DNA of 64,000 nucleotides from Cyanidioschyzon merolae (lineage: Eukaryota): NCBI GenBank assembly GCA_000091205.1, contig AP006494.2; one strand, given 5' to 3'. Every line of letters begins with the position of its first letter. The first letter of the stretch is position 1. Positions 21,179-31,660 of this stretch are shown here, piece by piece. The notes below the pieces were generated by a model. It did no database searches. It was not told where the DNA came from and saw only the letters and a list, made by a program, of their open reading frames with translations. Made by a program: the position numbers and the translations under genes.

Positions 21179-22687
21179 GTGCGAAGTGCGTCGCCCGCAC
21201 CGCAGCATCCGCCATGCTGCATCCATGACACGCATGTGTGCTCGGATGCGTGCTGCACGGGACACGTGTCGCTCTTGACACACGTCTCTGGGATTCAGCA
21301 CGGCAAACATACTCTTCTGGGCTGGAATACGCTCAAGTCGAGGTATATGCGAACTGGACCGCAGATTAGCGCGGCAGCAGTCACGAAGTGGACCTGCTGG
21401 CAACGCCAGCGCCAGCTGGAGCGCATGGCCGTGTGGATTGTAGCGAGTCTTGCCGCACCTGGAGCGAAACAGGTACGTGAGGCTCGGTATGAGCACCGGC
21501 TGCGCTTCTCGACCGAAGCGGTGCCGCTTTGGAAACTCACCATGTTGTTGGTGCGCCTTTATCACAGCAGCTGGCACGCGGGATCGCGTGAAAGCACTTA
21601 CTTGCGAGAGCTCTTCTATCGGCTCGTTCCTGTTTTCGATAGCCAGCAGGAATTGACGCAATACCTGGATCGTTTACTTGCCGCTGCACGAATCTCTCGT
21701 TTCTCATTGGGTATCATTGCCGAGTCACGCGGATGGGTGTTTTTCGGTAGCGGGATCCAGCTGCAAAAACGGTCTATCGAAAACGAGCGACCTCGATATG
21801 TTCAATCAGAAGCCGCCAATGCAAGGCTGTGCACGCCCCATCGCGGTCTCATGCCGATTCCAGATGACATCGTGCTGGACCCTGGGGCGTATCAGCTGGT
21901 GGTGGAGCCCCGCCAAGATCTAGTTGTCGTCATCCTCATCGTGGAAAAGTTCGGCGTATTCCGCTGTCTCGTGGATGAAGGATTTGCCTCGATCCTGCCG
22001 GTACTCACGATCCTTGTCACTGGCGGGGGCCAGCCGTCGCTGGCAACGCGTGCACTGGTGGCCCAGATAGCGCGATGCTTGGAAGCGCACCATGCTGCTT
22101 TTAGGAGCACGAACGCCCCGCATACGTATCCCCGGTTCGACATCTACGTCATCACAGACTACGATCCATACGGCCTCTGCATTGCTCGCCAGTATCGCCG
22201 ATCTCTGGCTGCAGCGCTGCCGCAGTTCACTGCTGATTCGAAGTTCACCCGTCTGCCACGCTGGATAGGCCCACGCGCCTGCCACCTATTCCGAGCCCGA
22301 TCAAGTCGTGCGAACTGCGAGTTACTCCGCGCCAAGTCCGAGGCAGACCAATCTCCACTCATGCGCGGTCCGATGCCATCCCAGCGGGCACTGGTACTCG
22401 CACGAAACATCTTTGCCGAGGCAGTCCTTCAGGGCGATTCGCTCGTTGCCGAGGAGCTGCACAACATGATTGGCTCGCAGCTGTATACCGATCCATCGAT
22501 GCTGAAACTGGCCAGGAACCTGCCCTGGATTGACGGTTGCCCCGGTGCCGCTGGGGATGGTATCGGTACCCATGACTTGCATACCCTGGTGCTGCTCCTG
22601 GGACCAGGGGGTTTCGCGCGTGATTTTTTGCCGCGCTTGATCCTGGAAACGAGGCAGGAAGAGCTTAGAAAATCACTTGGGCTATGA
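21179..22687 (+). CDS. SPO11: Spo11/DNA topoisomerase VI subunit A family protein (start codon uncertain; several in-frame Met in the first 90 codons)
   Basis: Candidate catalytic tyrosine in 'STYLRELFYRL' and the Toprim acidic motif 'YVITDYDPYGLCIA'. Confidence 0.65.
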   Translation: MRSASPAPQHPPCCIHDTHVCSDACCTGHVSLLTHVSGIQHGKHTLLGWNTLKSRYMRTGPQISAAAVTKWTCWQRQRQLERMAVWIVASLAAPGAKQVREARYEHRLRFSTEAVPLWKLTMLLVRLYHSSWHAGSRESTYLRELFYRLVPVFDSQQELTQYLDRLLAAARISRFSLGIIAESRGWVFFGSGIQLQKRSIENERPRYVQSEAANARLCTPHRGLMPIPDDIVLDPGAYQLVVEPRQDLVVVILIVEKFGVFRCLVDEGFASILPVLTILVTGGGQPSLATRALVAQIARCLEAHHAAFRSTNAPHTYPRFDIYVITDYDPYGLCIARQYRRSLAAALPQFTADSKFTRLPRWIGPRACHLFRARSSRANCELLRAKSEADQSPLMRGPMPSQRALVLARNIFAEAVLQGDSLVAEELHNMIGSQLYTDPSMLKLARNLPWIDGCPGAAGDGIGTHDLHTLVLLLGPGGFARDFLPRLILETRQEELRKSLGL

Positions 22688-22737
22688 TGTGTGCGCTGCG
22701 CGTACCGCTGCGACTACTCCTTTCAGTACGAGCGCCT

Positions 22738-23052
22738 CTATTTCGAAGCCAAGAGGTCCGAGGCTTCCGCTGGTGTCCTCGTTTCCAGTTGTAGTGCGTG
22801 CACCGATTCAGCAAGCTCCTGGTCCAAAATCTGGTAGACACGTCGGTGACGCTCGCGCAGAGAGAGGCCCACAAACTGTGCGGAAACAATAGCAACGCGA
22901 AAGTGCGTCTCCCCGTGCGCCGGCTTGCTGGCGTGGCCCTCGTGCAGGTCCGACTCGTCGACCACCCGAAGTACCTGGGGCTGCAGGGCACTCCGAAGCT
23001 TCGATTCAATTCGTTCACGAACAGGTGCCAGTGTTCGCATGACGGCCCGCAT
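22738..23052 (-). CDS. BolA-like protein
   Basis: 'GETHFRVAIVSAQFVGLSLRERHRRVY...ESVHALQLETRTPAE' matches the BolA helix-turn-helix signature. Confidence 0.65.
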   Translation of the reverse strand: MRAVMRTLAPVRERIESKLRSALQPQVLRVVDESDLHEGHASKPAHGETHFRVAIVSAQFVGLSLRERHRRVYQILDQELAESVHALQLETRTPAEASDLLASK

Positions 23053-23829
23053 TCGCTAACGCTGTGCGTCTCGAAGGGTGAGTGCTCTGCTTACGCATCC
23101 ACCTGCCCAGTTGGACGCTGCCGCACCGGTTTTTTTTTGCATTCCCCAGGCGCCTACAAGAACGTGCCCGACGGGACCCAGCAATGCGTCCGGTGCGATC
23201 ACAATCGGATAGCGTCAGGACTAGCCGAGGCCATCAATACTTGATCAACGCGAACACTGAGCGCTAGGCGCTGCCCTGCCGAGCCTTCGGTCGGGTTGTG
23301 CAGAGACTGACCGGATTTCAACAGATATCAGCGGCTCTTGATCATTGCATGTCGATGGACATTGCAGGGCGCGACGTCGACAAGACGCCTACGGCAAGAC
23401 CTTTCAGGTTCAGGTACGCACGATGCAGCGGCATACGAGCACATATGAAGAGCTGTTGAACTGGATTCGCCGCTATTAGTACGGAAGTCTGCGCACTTAC
23501 GAGTAGTCATGCACATGCATCAGCTTAGAATGCACAGACAAGCGACATGCGGAACGAGACGCGCATGCGTTCCTGGGAACCTATCCCTTGACACTCGTAT
23601 GCCATACGAACATCCAAGCGTATTCACTACATTGCATACGTGCAGCCACATGCATAGATATCTATATATGCAAGATTACACACAGACTTATATCCAGAAA
23701 GATGAATGCCTCGATAGCTCCACATACGGAAGCAACGCTTTGCTCGATCCTAATCTAAAATTCGAGTGCAATCAGAAAAACACAGGAGCTTTTCGTGCGG
23801 TCAAGGAACCAGTGGCGCTGCGATATTTC

Positions 23830-24147
23830 ATGGACACGAAAGCGCAGCAACTCGATTCGGATCAGGAACCTGAACTCACAAAGCTTGCTGAACTTCAAGT
23901 ACACGAGCAAGTCCGAAAGGCAGCGTTTGCCAAGTGTGACGATCAAGTCCGGGCATACGTTGCCTGCAGCCGTGAACGCACGGTTTCCGTTGTTTGGGCG
24001 TGCCGAACACTGCTGAAGTCGTTGAACGAGTGCGTCCAACAATACACGGGTGCAGAACAATATCGATTGCAAAGAATCGAGTACGCCAAAGCACACCCGA
24101 ACGCGGTCAAATCGTGGAACCGTTCGAGTAAAGTCGAGACACCCTAG
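23830..24147 (+). CDS. Twin Cx9C (CHCH) mitochondrial intermembrane-space protein, CMC1/COX-assembly-like. The ORF opens at 23509, but the conserved part starts at Met 23830.
   Basis: Two Cx9C pairs: 'CDDQVRAYVAC' and 'CRTLLKSLNEC'. Confidence 0.5.
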   Translation: MDTKAQQLDSDQEPELTKLAELQVHEQVRKAAFAKCDDQVRAYVACSRERTVSVVWACRTLLKSLNECVQQYTGAEQYRLQRIEYAKAHPNAVKSWNRSSKVETP

Positions 24148-24400
24148 ACAAGCACGCGGATACTGGGCACAACGAGTAGGACGCTGTGACATGACGGGCC
24201 TAGAAGACGTTCGCGTAGCGACCGGAGCGTCGCTTCGGTAGCGTTCACTGGTGACGTGGTCGTTTTATGCGTCTCTATCGTCTGGTGGCGGGGGAGGTCT
24301 GCGCTGCTCCACATGAGCAGCACGGAGCGCATGGTATCAGTCCAGGCAAGTGCCGCTCAGGAGCCGCTTACACACATTTCGAGGCATTCGTGGGCGATGT

Positions 24401-25660
24401 TCAGTAGACAATGAGCCAGCGACCGTGGTAGCGACGACGCCTACCGAAACGTCGCCTCCAACGAAGGCGCCACGGAGCATACGCGCTAGCACGGAACTGG
24501 TGGTGTAGCACCAACGTGATCGAAGTTCCAGGAGACTTGCCACATGCGAAAGCGCTCTCTTGGCGGAGGCCGTTCATTTTCCGCACACGCTTCGATCGAG
24601 AACGCTGTGTACTGTCCGCGATGCCGGACTTGAGTGGCGATACAGACGGCGGGCAGACATGCGTAAACTCGCTAACGTTTGGAGAATTACAGGCACCACC
24701 GTTAACGGAAATCCGCCCCGCGCTTATTTTGGTCTTATTCTGTTGTGGTGATCCCTGGCGCTGGTGGCGAGCATCGGGCTCTCTTGCCTCAGATCTTGAG
24801 GGTTCGTTTTCCTGAGCAGGCCTCGCAAGAGCCGCATCATCTTCGAAGGCGTCGTGCGAAGATACGCTGCGAGCCGGCTGCACTGAATGCGTCTCCTCGG
24901 TCGCCTCGTGACTTTCTTGCGCATTCATCGCAACTACCACGCTCGATGCACCGATTCGAGGCTTTTCCAGCTTCTCGATATCGTCAGATGGGCACCCTGC
25001 ATACCGAGTACACAGCGGAGAGCGTTGTTCGTCGTTCCGTTTCGCTGCTTGCCAAAGTTTCCTTTCCAGTTCCGTGATTCTCTCTGATGCAGCCCCAGTA
25101 CACGCCGCACTTGTACCTGCGTTCTCCGAACTTCGCTCTGCGCAAAGCGAGCGAGCGCTGTCAGGTGTGTCCAAGGTAACAGCCGGCATCGCGGTGGCTA
25201 TCGGCTTCTGGAGTGAAGCCGGTGTCAGCTCCGAGTCCATGTGGCACGCCTTCGTTGCACGAACATGTGGCGTGCCTTTTGATGTTCGAGACGGAAGCGG
25301 GCTCGGCACATCAAATCCTAGTCGACGGAGCTCGCGTGCCGCCCGCGCCGTCAAGGGCACCGACTCAACGCCGCCGGCACAGGTCGGACCCGAATGAACA
25401 CCCAGTCCGAACTCTACAGACGGGAGTCCAGGCGATTCCAGCGCAAGAACTTTTATTGTTTGCTGCGGAGTGACACAAGCGGACGACGTTCCTGTAGGGT
25501 CGCCCCGGCTGTGTGCTCCACGCCGTTCACGCTGGCCTCTCCCGGGTGTTTGTATTTCCACGGTTAGTCTGTCAGCTGACCCCAACTCCAGGGTATCCTG
25601 GCTCGATACTGGACACCCGTCCTCGGTCTGGTATCTTTTGCTCCTGGAGCGTGTGATCAT
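24401..25660 (-). CDS. Hypothetical low-complexity (Ser/Ala/Arg-rich) protein, 419 aa
   Basis: A long ORF only, with no recognisable motif. It may be spurious in this GC-rich context. Confidence 0.25.
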   Translation of the reverse strand: MITRSRSKRYQTEDGCPVSSQDTLELGSADRLTVEIQTPGRGQRERRGAHSRGDPTGTSSACVTPQQTIKVLALESPGLPSVEFGLGVHSGPTCAGGVESVPLTARAARELRRLGFDVPSPLPSRTSKGTPHVRATKACHMDSELTPASLQKPIATAMPAVTLDTPDSARSLCAERSSENAGTSAACTGAASERITELERKLWQAAKRNDEQRSPLCTRYAGCPSDDIEKLEKPRIGASSVVVAMNAQESHEATEETHSVQPARSVSSHDAFEDDAALARPAQENEPSRSEAREPDARHQRQGSPQQNKTKISAGRISVNGGACNSPNVSEFTHVCPPSVSPLKSGIADSTQRSRSKRVRKMNGLRQESAFACGKSPGTSITLVLHHQFRASAYAPWRLRWRRRFGRRRRYHGRWLIVY

Positions 25661-26715
25661 CTTCTACACTGAAGGGAAACGAAGCACTGCTGGCCCCTGC
25701 TACACTCGCGAGGCACCCAAGGCATCCCGGTTCTGCAGGTAGCCGGCGGCTCGGATGCCTCTGTTGGCCGCGCTGGATCGCTAACCGCCAGAGCGGAAAT
25801 GTAACGGCGCGAGGTTCGATTTGTCTCTGGGCGCTTTGAAAGCGCCTTTCGCACAGCGGCGCTCCCTCCGCAGGTCACAACACGCCAGACCTAAGCGGTG
25901 ACTTAGTCTATGGAACATTGTGCGATTTGGCCTGCAGGTATGCTTCCGACTGAAGACTCGGAGGAAGCGAAGTGTACAGATCCGTCAGCGGAGGAATAAG
26001 GTATTTCAAGGTGCAGCTTCGAAGCATCTGGAATGCCGTGCTCGTATCTATGGGCATTGGGAGGCACGTGGCGGATAGGTTTTGTACCGGTAGACGGCAG
26101 CAAGGCCACATATTTTTATACGGGGACAAGATATTCCGGGATCGGCACGAACATGCTCATGTATTAGCGCTGGCGCATGCTTTGCACCAATGGAAAGTCC
26201 AAGGATAGTGCTTTCGCCTTGATCCGCTCTTCCGATATTCGAGGCCCTGATACGGGTACCACAGAGCGAGAATCCCTACCCGTAGAAAGTTATGTTTCCA
26301 ATGCTGTGAAGATAAACTATTGAAAGGAGAACCTTGCCGCGCCGACGGTTACCAGAAGTTCCTCTGGTCTGGCGCACTTGGCGTCGAGATTGGATTCTCT
26401 CTATCGTCGGTTGTCGCAAGCGCACAGTCGGGATACTTTCATGAGATTCACCGCTCGTACACCATGAGAAAATGCAACCTGAACAGTTAGTATGCACGCC
26501 GGGATCTCCCACTATACTCGACTGATGCGTGCAACGCTTGCTCTCCGTTGGTCTAGGGCGTGCACGCTGCGCCCTAGCATACGAACCGCTACAATTTCCG
26601 ATTCAGGACTTGTCTCTTGGTACGAGCCTTCGGCTATGCCATACCGAACTTAGCAGCCTCGCGTAAGCTTTCCACAAAACCGTCCTTGTCTTACTCCTGA
26701 GTAAATTTCGTTACA

Positions 26716-27654
26716 TTGACACAGCGGAAACGTGGCGCACCTACCCAAACCTCGCCTGCATATCTGCGAAAACGCCTCGTAGCCGTTCGTGCGCCATTGT
26801 CCTCGAACTTATTCGCCAACCTGGTACTTGCCGGCTTGCGATGCCGTTTGCGTGTTATGCGCAGCAAATGCATCCTACGAACACTACAGGCGGCGACAGT
26901 GCAGGCAGTACCAAAGTATGGGCTGCGGGAGTGCTGGTTCTATGACTTTGGCGATCGACTCCTTCCGTACGAGCCGGTGCACCGGTGGCAACAGCAGCTG
27001 CGTGCGATCCGACTGGGGCGGAGCGGCGAAGCACCGGCAACGACGTTGCGGTTTCCGGACGCTTTCATGTTGCTCACGCACACGCCAGTGTACACGCTAG
27101 GGACGGCTGCAAGCCCGGGTGACCTCGGTTCTGCGCTGCAGGAAGCAAGCTGCGCAGTTGTTCGTACGGAGCGCGGCGGCAAAGTTACTTACCACGGACC
27201 GGGTCAGGTCACTGGTTACGCTATTATGAACCTGAGACGATATCGCTGTGACCTGCGGTGGTACGTTTCCTTGCTCGAGGAGGTTGTGATTCGGTGTCTG
27301 CGCGACTTTGGAATACCCGGCGAGCGACGCAGTGATCATCATGGGGTCTGGGTTGCCGGGGGAACCCGCAAAATTGCCTTTATTGGCGTGAGCGTTAGCC
27401 GTTGGGTCACCTGCCATGGGTTTGCCCTGAATGTCAACCGGGAGGTGCTCCCACCGTTCCGACGTATCGTTGCATGCGGTCTCGATGGCAACACCGTGAC
27501 TTGCATGCAGGATCTGCTGCCGCATCCGAACACCTGTTCCACAGAGCAGGTGCGCAACTCACTTGCCACGCACTTTAGTGAACTGTTCGATGTTGCACTG
27601 AAACCTTACGCACCTTCGGCGGCGTCGGGAACAGATTCGCGATCAGGGACTTGA
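26716..27654 (+). CDS. LIPB: Lipoyl(octanoyl) transferase LipB/LIP2, with an N-terminal extension that is probably organelle targeting
   Basis: LipB signature 'RGGKVTYHGPGQ', followed by the conserved 'GVWV...KIAFIGV' region with the catalytic Lys context. Confidence 0.8.
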   Translation: MTQRKRGAPTQTSPAYLRKRLVAVRAPLSSNLFANLVLAGLRCRLRVMRSKCILRTLQAATVQAVPKYGLRECWFYDFGDRLLPYEPVHRWQQQLRAIRLGRSGEAPATTLRFPDAFMLLTHTPVYTLGTAASPGDLGSALQEASCAVVRTERGGKVTYHGPGQVTGYAIMNLRRYRCDLRWYVSLLEEVVIRCLRDFGIPGERRSDHHGVWVAGGTRKIAFIGVSVSRWVTCHGFALNVNREVLPPFRRIVACGLDGNTVTCMQDLLPHPNTCSTEQVRNSLATHFSELFDVALKPYAPSAASGTDSRSGT

Positions 27655-28520
27655 TAACAGCGATGAACGCTATCCTGTTTCGAACGCTGCCGCCATCTTA
27701 GGAACTCGACTGTCGATAGCGATGCCCAGTCGCTTGTTCTGTAGATGCAAAAACACGACACGATTTGGGTTCATGCCAGGTGCAATTGCGGCAGAGAAGA
27801 CGATGACGCGAGTACACCTGCGCCAGCGTTAGGAAGCTAATCAGGCACTTGTCTGGCAATCTCGTTGTCGCTGGAGCGTGGCACCCCGAAGAAACGTGGT
27901 TTATGTGCTGCAAAAAAAAGCCCGGCTTTGCAACGCTGCTGATTTGTTGGCGCTTATGGCCGCAGTAAGCGCCAGGCCTCTGGGTAGACTTGGCAGATCA
28001 AGTCGTAGGGTCGGATCGATGCATCCAGAACCATTTGTGACATGCATCCGGCTTTGGCGCTACAGCGTTGACAGCGACGTCGGATCACATCTACAGCGCT
28101 AGCCACCGAAAGCATTCACAGAATTCCGAGCTTTTCTGAACCAACATACGCATGGGCGCCTGCGCAGCTGAAACATGTTGGCATCGATGGAGGTACGCCA
28201 GCCGGTGATCCGCCGGGCGTACGCGAGTGATCTGCAGCTGTGATCCTTCATATGTACATGAAAGAGACTAAATGTTCAACTATGTACTGTTGGCTCTCTA
28301 GCGTAAGAACTAGAGCGCGAGGCCTTCTTTGCAACAAAACCGTTTACCTGGGAATCCGCCTAACGAAACACCAAGGTATTTCGAGCTGTGTTCTGGGCAC
28401 TCTTTTGCTGGACAGGTCCCCGCCCGCTGGTACAAGCACCAATATCAACAACTTCGTCGTTCCCAATAGGTCAGTGAGTGGCGTAACCACGGCGGACTCG
28501 GCACAACTTGTTCTGCCAGG

Positions 28521-29096
28521 ATGAAACGAACTGCGTTCGCACCTGGTTTGCCGCTGAACCGAAGAAGACTTGTGAGGACAGCGCCGCGTGCAACGGGAGC
28601 TGGTACGGCGCGTAAACCTGCACAGCGACCACTCGTGGCAGGCACTACTGCGTCCAACGGCGCGGCACCAGTCAGGGGTATCGCAACGCGCAAGAGACGT
28701 GGAGGTGCGCTGCCCGGTGACCCCGCTGCACCCAAACACAACGTCACGATTCTAAACTACCGCGATGATGAGTCTCTGACGCTCGCTGTTCCCGAGGACC
28801 GCTACATATGGTGGTATTTCCGGGAAAATGGTTATGAGCTGCCGTCATCGTGCCTGAACGGGTGCTGCACCACGTGCGCCGCCAAGATCGTTCGCGGCAG
28901 TCTAGAGCAGCCCGAGGCGCTCGGACTCACACGAGAGTTCCGTGACAAGGGCTATTGTCTACTGTGTGTAAGCTATCCGCGTTCCGCACTCGTGCTGGTC
29001 CTTCAGAGCGAGGACGAGGTCTACGAGCAGCAGTGGGCAACAACTTTCGAGAGCGGCGGCAAACGCTGGGGCGGCCTCATCCCAGAGGAAGACTAG
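28521..29096 (+). CDS. Plant-type [2Fe-2S] ferredoxin with an Arg/Ala/Thr-rich N-terminal presequence of about 80 aa
   Basis: Cys cluster 'SSCLNGCCTTCAAKI' and the distal ligand in 'YCLLCVSYP'. The presequence is basic, hydroxylated and lacks acidic residues. Confidence 0.7.
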   Translation: MKRTAFAPGLPLNRRRLVRTAPRATGAGTARKPAQRPLVAGTTASNGAAPVRGIATRKRRGGALPGDPAAPKHNVTILNYRDDESLTLAVPEDRYIWWYFRENGYELPSSCLNGCCTTCAAKIVRGSLEQPEALGLTREFRDKGYCLLCVSYPRSALVLVLQSEDEVYEQQWATTFESGGKRWGGLIPEED

Positions 29097-29338
29097 GCGC
29101 TGCGAAAATCGCTGGTGAATGCGGCAAGGGTTCCACGGGAGCTCGCTTTGTTCTCTGACGCACCACGTGTGTGAAATAGATATCGAGGAAACACGAGAAG
29201 CCGCATTTGTTTCGGACGTATCACCGAAAATACGCCACGGTCTGCAGAGCGCCAGCGCCGCGTTCCAAGGAACCGGCCCCCTTCTTCTTTACCAAAAGGT
29301 TGCAGGAGCTTCTGTAGCCTACCGCGAACGGCTGCCAT

Positions 29339-30406
29339 TCAGACCGTGCGAAAAAGCAGTACGACTGGACAATGATCTGACAGTCGCCGCACCTCTTCGC
29401 GCTTTACTTGCGTTTGCTGAAACGCTGCGCCGTAGATCTCTATATCAAAGCGAATATAGCTGTCGACGATGTGTGCGGCAGCACTGGCGCTACAACAGAA
29501 GTAGTCTAAGCGCCATCCTCGATTCTGGAAGTAGTTCTGGACATGCCGATACCCGATGTAGGAGTAGGCGCGGACAGATGGATGCAGCCAGCGGAACGTG
29601 TCCAGGAGTGCGCATTCCTGCAGGGTTTGCGAAAAACTCGCCCGCTCCTCATCAGTAAAGCCCGCGCTGCGACGATTGCCCTCCGGGTTCCAGATATCGA
29701 TTTCCTGGTGGGCGCAGTTCAGGTCACCGCACCAGATGATGGGTTTCCCAGTGCCTTGTCCAAGGCGTTTCAGCTGTGCCCGAACTGCTTCGTCCCATAC
29801 GCGAATGCGATAATCAAGGCGCTTGAGGCCCTCGCCGCTATTCGGTACGTACATGCTACACACCACACAGCTTGAAAACTCGACAATGATGACCCGCCCC
29901 TCAGAATCTTCTACGCCGAGCTCGGGATCGAACCCGTATTGGACTCGAACGGGCTCGCCAAGGCAAGAGCCTTTTCGCAGAAAGAGTGCCGTCCCAGAGT
30001 ACCCACGCTTGCTTCGACACGGATGGAAAAGGCAAGTCTCATAGTGCTCTTGGAGCGCGGACTTGATCGCTTCAGGAATAGGTTCTGACACTTTTATCTC
30101 CTGAACAGTGAGCAGGTCCGGGCACTCGTGCACAATGAACGCGTCGAAAAGGTGTTTCGATCTTGAGAGCGCACTTCGCAGTGAAGCAATGTTGTAGGAG
30201 GCGAGCTTTGCGACTTTCGGGTCTTGCGGCGCACCCCAGGGGCGTCCGCTCGAACTGATCGGTACATCTGCAGGACTTTCCTTCCCGGTGTCTCTCAATT
30301 CGCCGCGACCAGCGTTTTGAACAGCGTTTCCTTTTTCAGCTTTTTTTTCATCTTTCGGAGAGCGCTGCACTGTTTTGCGTCGTTTCCTTTCACCCTCGCC
30401 AGCCAT
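29339..30406 (-). CDS. APE1: AP endonuclease 1 / exonuclease III family (APE1-like), 356 aa from Met 30406. The ORF continues to 30667, but that extension is repeat-derived.
   Basis: Lys-rich N-terminus 'MAGEGERKRRK...', 'SYNIASLRS', 'LTVQEIK', 'WCGDLNCAHQEIDIWNP', and C-terminal 'LSDHCPVVLLF' (the ExoIII SDHxP motif). Confidence 0.8.
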   Translation of the reverse strand: MAGEGERKRRKTVQRSPKDEKKAEKGNAVQNAGRGELRDTGKESPADVPISSSGRPWGAPQDPKVAKLASYNIASLRSALSRSKHLFDAFIVHECPDLLTVQEIKVSEPIPEAIKSALQEHYETCLFHPCRSKRGYSGTALFLRKGSCLGEPVRVQYGFDPELGVEDSEGRVIIVEFSSCVVCSMYVPNSGEGLKRLDYRIRVWDEAVRAQLKRLGQGTGKPIIWCGDLNCAHQEIDIWNPEGNRRSAGFTDEERASFSQTLQECALLDTFRWLHPSVRAYSYIGYRHVQNYFQNRGWRLDYFCCSASAAAHIVDSYIRFDIEIYGAAFQQTQVKREEVRRLSDHCPVVLLFRTV

Positions 30407-30454
30407 CGCTAGTGGTACAAGTGGAAACGAAGCTTGCTTCTGTCTGCGCGCGCT

Positions 30455-31660
30455 CACCAGGAGGCGTGCGGTATCCGGGTTGACTGCCGCTCGGGTACTA
30501 GAGGCCATGCCTCGTATGAGTGGCTCGATACCCACCGCCGTTCTAAGTCGAACGACAGCGGTGTACAATAGTGGCGGCAAACGCGCCCTAGACATAGCGT
30601 CTCCAGCCGAGGGGCAGACGCCTCCCAGTTTTTTTTCGACAGGCCACCTACTGCTGCTTCCAATCATGTCTCAAATAGCTCGACTTTGAGAGATTGTCCA
30701 ATAAAGTTCATTCTTGTCAGCTCTGGAGGTCTCGTCTCCAGCGCTGCACATCTCCTAATATTGATCGCGGCATTAAAGTCACGATTCACGAATTCCATGC
30801 GTTTCGTGTCATCATTGGTTGTACTTACCAATGCAAGGGGTCTACGAACTTTCGCCCTCCTCTCCATTTGCTCCTCCGTCAGTGGTCCGTACTTTTTTAT
30901 ATCTTCAGGGCTCCGCTGACACTTTTCCATCTCCACTGTCTGAAGTGTACATCCCAACTCGTGGTGTGTATAGGACGTTCGGAACTCATCTATCGGTATC
31001 GTAACGAAACGCCGTGCACACTCTTTGTACGTTCTTGTCGTTGGAGCTGGTGTACACCCTTTTTGGGTCTTCCATCGCCCTGCTCCGTACGCGACTACGA
31101 GCCTTTGATTTCATTCTCCTTCAGGGCACTCAACCCAATGAAAAAGTTGGCAAACGCCCGCTACCTCCCACCGTATAGATTCATACGCAAACGAGCCCAC
31201 CGGGGCTTGGTATACTCCTCCCATAGCGCCTCCCAGTGAGCAACACGAACTTCTATGAATTTCCGAAAAGCTTTAAAGTCCGCTCCTCGGCTCGTCACCT
31301 CGCTCGAAGCTTCCAGGGGATCTTTCATTCCTGAATTCCACGTACAAATTTTCTACCTCGCATTCATTATACCGGATCCTCGATAGTATCTTGCTCTCGA
31401 GAACCTCAAAAAGACGCATATCTTTCTGACGTAAGTTACCATCAGTCCCATCTTCCGCACACTTTGGTACAGCGATGGTTATGATGTTCGTATTCCCAGG
31501 GTCCACGCCAACGACAAAGTCGTGATCCTGCATCTCCTGCATCGCAAGATCCGCACCCTTCTCATCTACATGCTTCGCCACGTCAACGACAAGGTCGTCA
31601 TCCTCCACTTCCTTCGTCGCAGGATCCGCATCCTTCTCATCTATATTCTTCGCCACGGGC
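30455..31660 (-). mobile_element. TnpB/Fanzor-like RuvC-domain repeat copy 2, minus strand. RuvC-I 'DFVVGVDPGNTNIITIAVP' lies near 31461-31527, RuvC-II-like 'VAHWEALW' near 31200, a C/H-rich Zn-finger-like stretch follows, and RuvC-III 'FVNRDFNAAINIRRC' is near 30750. It is N-terminally truncated, with a conserved 3' tail reaching to about 50 bp from the APE1 ATG.
   Basis: Motif order D..E..(Zn)..D matches TnpB. The open frame is broken at least twice, and it is homologous to copies 1, 3 and 4 in both coding and 3'-flank segments. Confidence 0.6.
31507..31656. repeat. Tandem duplication of a 75-bp unit (2 copies, about 85% identical) at the 5' end of Fanzor-like copy 2, at the junction of the inverted pair
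   Basis: Units 31507-31581 and 31582-31656 align base-for-base with scattered substitutions. Confidence 0.85.

Noticed and set aside
25741-25830. Possible tRNA (T-loop-like 'ggttcgatt')
   Set aside because: No complementary T-stem or acceptor stem could be paired by eye. No confident tRNA cloverleaf was found anywhere in the window without a tool.
30407-30667. N-terminal 87-aa extension of the APE1 ORF (442-aa version starting at 30667)
   Set aside because: The extension is the conserved 3' tail of the TnpB-like repeat, homologous to non-coding tails of copies 1, 3 and 4. APE1-family N-termini begin with a Lys-rich NLS like 'MAGEGERKRRK' at 30406.
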